The notes below the pieces were generated by a model, which worked only from the letters and a program-made list of their open reading frames with translations, was not told the DNA's origin and did no database searches. From Thermodesulfobacteriota bacterium (GTDB lineage: Bacteria; Desulfobacterota_D; UBA1144; Nemesobacterales; UBA2774): 64,000 bases of DNA. Numbering within the stretch: position 1 is the stretch's first letter; every line of letters starts with the position of its first letter. The stretch is taken from positions 448,001-512,000 of the forward strand of contig OZ244991.1 of NCBI GenBank assembly GCA_965223335.1, in the 5' to 3' direction. A program made the position numbers and the translations under genes. Shown piece by piece: positions 61,017 through 64,000 of the stretch.

Positions 61017-63146
61017 TTAAGTCCAACCGTTTTTTGTAAACATATGAAGCAACGAGCGGTTTACCCTCGAGCTCACTCTATCCCAAAGCGACGGATTGTC
61101 TATGATCTCGACTTTGTAAAACGAGGGGCATAACACCGCGGCGTGAGCAATCTCGCCACAGAGCCCGCAGCCCACACACGAATGCTCAATATGGGCCACA
61201 GGGTCGTCACGCAAAATCGTTGGGCTTTCCTTGAGTGTGAGTGAGGGACAGCCGTTATACCGCATACACGAGTGGTCGCCAGTGCAAATGTCCGGGTCCA
61301 CCCCGAGTTTGGCATGCACCATTCGTTTTCCGGTCTTGATACCCTTTTTGAGGGCTGCTCGCTCTTTTCTATTTTTTTCGAGCTGACACTCACCTCGAGA
61401 TATGATCACCCGTAGTCCCTGGTCCTCTGCGTATGCATCGCGCAATATGTTTATCGAATCTTTAAGGTCATAGGGATCGACTGTTTTTATCCATCTCACA
61501 CCCGAACCCCGAAGCGCTTTCTCTATATCCATTCCCACACCCTCCTGCCTCATATTCTTACCCGACGCAGGATTTTCGTGGTGGCCCGTCATAGATGTCC
61601 AGAAATTCTCGAGGATTATTAAGATTGCGTTCTGATTGTTGTACACAGCGTTTGCTATGCTTGTAGTGAGCCCGCTATGCCAAAATGTACCGTCTCCCAT
61701 AAACGAGATCACCCGCTTGTTGGCCATGCGCGAGAGAGCCCCTGCAGACGCAAGCCCTATTCCCATGCCAGTGATAGAGTTGCTAAGGTCAAACGGAGGG
61801 AGCCCGCTCATCGAGTAGCACCCTATGTCCGATGCATAATAAGACTTGCCATAATCCTCCTCAAGAATTTTTATAGCGGTAAATATCGGCCGCTCGGGGC
61901 ATCCGGTGCAAAACACCGGGTTCCGTTTAGCCACAGGGGTTTTCAGGAACGTACGTGCACGCTCCTTATGTTTTTCGGTAAACTCGCTTTTTTCTACCAG
62001 CCTTTCGCGGTCGTAACTGGATTGGGTGTTAGTAAGCAGGAACTTGCCAATCCCCTTTGCAATGTGGTCAGGCGTGTATTCCCCAGCCTGCGGCAGAGTG
62101 TCCTTGCCGTATATATCCAGACCGAGCTTTGCCCTCTGTGCAATTGACCTAATCTGCTCCTCCAGGAGGTTGGGCATACCCTCCTCCACTATGAGCACCG
62201 CTTTTTTACCCGCTAAAAAGCCCTCAATCTCCTCGGGCACAAGCGGGTTAGTGACATTGAGGTTCAGTATCGGCACCCTGCACTCCCCATAGAGTGTGGC
62301 CTCGCCCAGGTTGTGAAGACATCTTAGCAACGAGTTAAAAATCATCCCGTGCGTAATTATTCCTATCTCGGTGTCTTGCCCCGCAAAATGTTCATTCAGC
62401 TTCCTGTCGAGTATGAACCTTCTCGCAGCGGGAATGCGTTCGTTGTATTTCTTTTTCTCATGTTCGAATGTAAATGGAGGCAGAGGGATCTTTTCCAGAT
62501 CGGTAATAAGGTCATCAAGTCTGTTTATGGTGCTTATTTTGGGGGTTACATTGTCCTTACATATCATCTTGTTCCTAATATGCGCCACCCTGGTCGAGAG
62601 CAGAAACATTACCGGCATGTTGGAATACTCGGAAAGCTCGAACCCGGCCTCTACCATCTTGGCTACAAGCCCCAAGTCACCCCTGGGGTCTATCACAGCC
62701 ATAGAGGACTTAAGGGCAAACGGTAGAGCCCTCTCGGCCACACAAGTGCTGTCACAGCCGTAATCCTCCCCCACGATGATCATGGCCCCGCCCGTTACAC
62801 CCGACGAACATATATGCGAGAGCGCATCGGACGCAACATTGGTCCCCACGATCTTCCAGTTAACCGAACCCCTGATGGGATAGCTGATGGACGCAGAGAG
62901 CAATGAGGCTGCGGACGCCTCGTTCCCCGATGAATCGAAGTAAATTCCTTTATCTTTTAGGTGGTTATCATAGGCGTCTGAGATAGCGTCTATCAATCCC
63001 GCTGTTGGAGAGCCCGGGTAGCCGCCCAAGTAGCTCACACCCGACTGCATAAATGCTTTTAGGATTGCAAGAGGCGTGTCCCCATAGAGTGTACGGCCGC
63101 TTCCATAGTCCAACTGCTCCAGCACGTCCTCGGAATATGTTCCCAT
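61017..63146 (-). CDS. iorA: Indolepyruvate ferredoxin oxidoreductase alpha subunit
   Basis: GGYPGSP, NEASAA, FCTGCPERP, DIGCY, TPP motif GDGTFWHSG, Fe-S CVGCGLCGE. Confidence 0.9.
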   Translation of the reverse strand: MGTYSEDVLEQLDYGSGRTLYGDTPLAILKAFMQSGVSYLGGYPGSPTAGLIDAISDAYDNHLKDKGIYFDSSGNEASAASLLSASISYPIRGSVNWKIVGTNVASDALSHICSSGVTGGAMIIVGEDYGCDSTCVAERALPFALKSSMAVIDPRGDLGLVAKMVEAGFELSEYSNMPVMFLLSTRVAHIRNKMICKDNVTPKISTINRLDDLITDLEKIPLPPFTFEHEKKKYNERIPAARRFILDRKLNEHFAGQDTEIGIITHGMIFNSLLRCLHNLGEATLYGECRVPILNLNVTNPLVPEEIEGFLAGKKAVLIVEEGMPNLLEEQIRSIAQRAKLGLDIYGKDTLPQAGEYTPDHIAKGIGKFLLTNTQSSYDRERLVEKSEFTEKHKERARTFLKTPVAKRNPVFCTGCPERPIFTAIKILEEDYGKSYYASDIGCYSMSGLPPFDLSNSITGMGIGLASAGALSRMANKRVISFMGDGTFWHSGLTTSIANAVYNNQNAILIILENFWTSMTGHHENPASGKNMRQEGVGMDIEKALRGSGVRWIKTVDPYDLKDSINILRDAYAEDQGLRVIISRGECQLEKNRKERAALKKGIKTGKRMVHAKLGVDPDICTGDHSCMRYNGCPSLTLKESPTILRDDPVAHIEHSCVGCGLCGEIAHAAVLCPSFYKVEIIDNPSLWDRVSSRVNRSLLHMFTKNGWT

Positions 63147-63264
63147 TTAACCTCCAATATGCTGCGAATGCTTGCCCTAATTAGATAATTTACCCTATAA
63201 ACCAAGAAAAAAGCAAAGCAATTTCGCTAACAAAAGTGACATATTATCGCTGCAGTTGAGCATC

Positions 63265-63717
63265 TTACTCTTTGATAAGTTTATAATACTCCGATAGGGC
63301 TTCGGTCTGTTGATAATTCACCATGTGCACAGGCCGCTTAGTACGTACAGTGTTGAGTGCCAGCATTGGGTCGATACTGAGATAGTGTATGAGGTAGCTT
63401 GCGATCATTACATTGGTCCGGCCCATTCCCGCATAGCAATGCACCGCTACTCGGTTGCCATCGGTAATCTTTTCATCCACAAACCCGACGAATTCCTTAA
63501 AATCCTCCGGGCTTGGGGGCCCGAAATCCAAGATGGGAATATATTTTACTAAAAACCCTTCGTAATCTTGGCGGTGCTCTGGCTCCTCCAGGTTTATGAT
63601 CACCTCGACCCCCTGCTCGTGCAAAAACTCGAGATCAGTATCAAGCCCTCTGAAAAGACCGGGACGCTCCATGCCTGCCAGCATTTCATCTATTACCCAC
63701 GAAAAGCGCTCAGGCAC
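63265..63717 (-). CDS. Dual-specificity/tyrosine protein phosphatase
   Basis: FSWV, PILDFGPP, CX5R motif VHCYAGMGRT. Confidence 0.9.
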   Translation of the reverse strand: MPERFSWVIDEMLAGMERPGLFRGLDTDLEFLHEQGVEVIINLEEPEHRQDYEGFLVKYIPILDFGPPSPEDFKEFVGFVDEKITDGNRVAVHCYAGMGRTNVMIASYLIHYLSIDPMLALNTVRTKRPVHMVNYQQTEALSEYYKLIKE

Positions 63718-64000
63718 TATCCATCACCCCCCTCTTTAACTCGGCTACATACCTGTCGGCTATTCTGGTAGGTTCGGGCACCCTGTAACCGCGCGCACAC
63801 TCAAGTGCTATGTTGCTTGCAGAAGACAGATCAACGAGATGACCGACCGATACGAACACCGGTTTCACACTATCCCTTGTCCGCACCACATTTCCTATAA
63901 GCTCACCCTTTTTAGTCCTGATATCGGTCATTGAACCCTTTTTGTTCCCAGGCTCTCGGCATTCGCCGTAGAGCTTTTTTTTCGCCACACCTATTGTGGG
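63710..64000 (-). CDS. nfi: Endonuclease V, 5' end outside the window
   Basis: PTIGVAKKKLYG, VRTRDSVKPVFVSVGH, YRVPEPTRIAD. Confidence 0.92.
   Translation of the reverse strand, partial: PTIGVAKKKLYGECREPGNKKGSMTDIRTKKGELIGNVVRTRDSVKPVFVSVGHLVDLSSASNIALECARGYRVPEPTRIADRYVAELKRGVMDSA

Overview
A gene-dense, housekeeping-rich bacterial chromosomal segment of moderate GC. I saw no rRNA, tRNA, CRISPR array, prophage or transposase. Gene order (pilB-pilT-pilC-pilS-pilR; zapB-zapA-5FCL-rny; miaB-DUF151) resembles deltaproteobacterial lineages such as Desulfobacterota/Dadabacteria, which is inference only. Contents: amtB (partial) with a sigma-54 promoter, an MFS transporter, miaB, a type IV pilus operon, trmFO, glyQS, rny, prfA, a PHA-storage cluster, purU, MoxR/VWA, htpG, alkD, radA, murI, etfBA, tamB, queG, a PFK, a multi-LysM MltD, two Ogg2-type glycosylases, gatB, an HD-GYP regulator, carA, iorAB and nfi (partial). 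The most interesting items are: (1) a tandem Ogg2 pair in which the second copy has lost the catalytic Lys; (2) a PHA synthase locus with two short PhaE/PhaR-like genes and an archaeal-looking PhaC; (3) a KdsC-like HAD pseudo-phosphatase; (4) a PPi-clade PFK carrying the ATP-type signature; (5) a 5-FCL gene with no canonical start codon and no room for 6S RNA; (6) sigma-54 promoter/enhancer layouts at amtB and pilB. All family calls come from motif recognition by eye; no searches were run.
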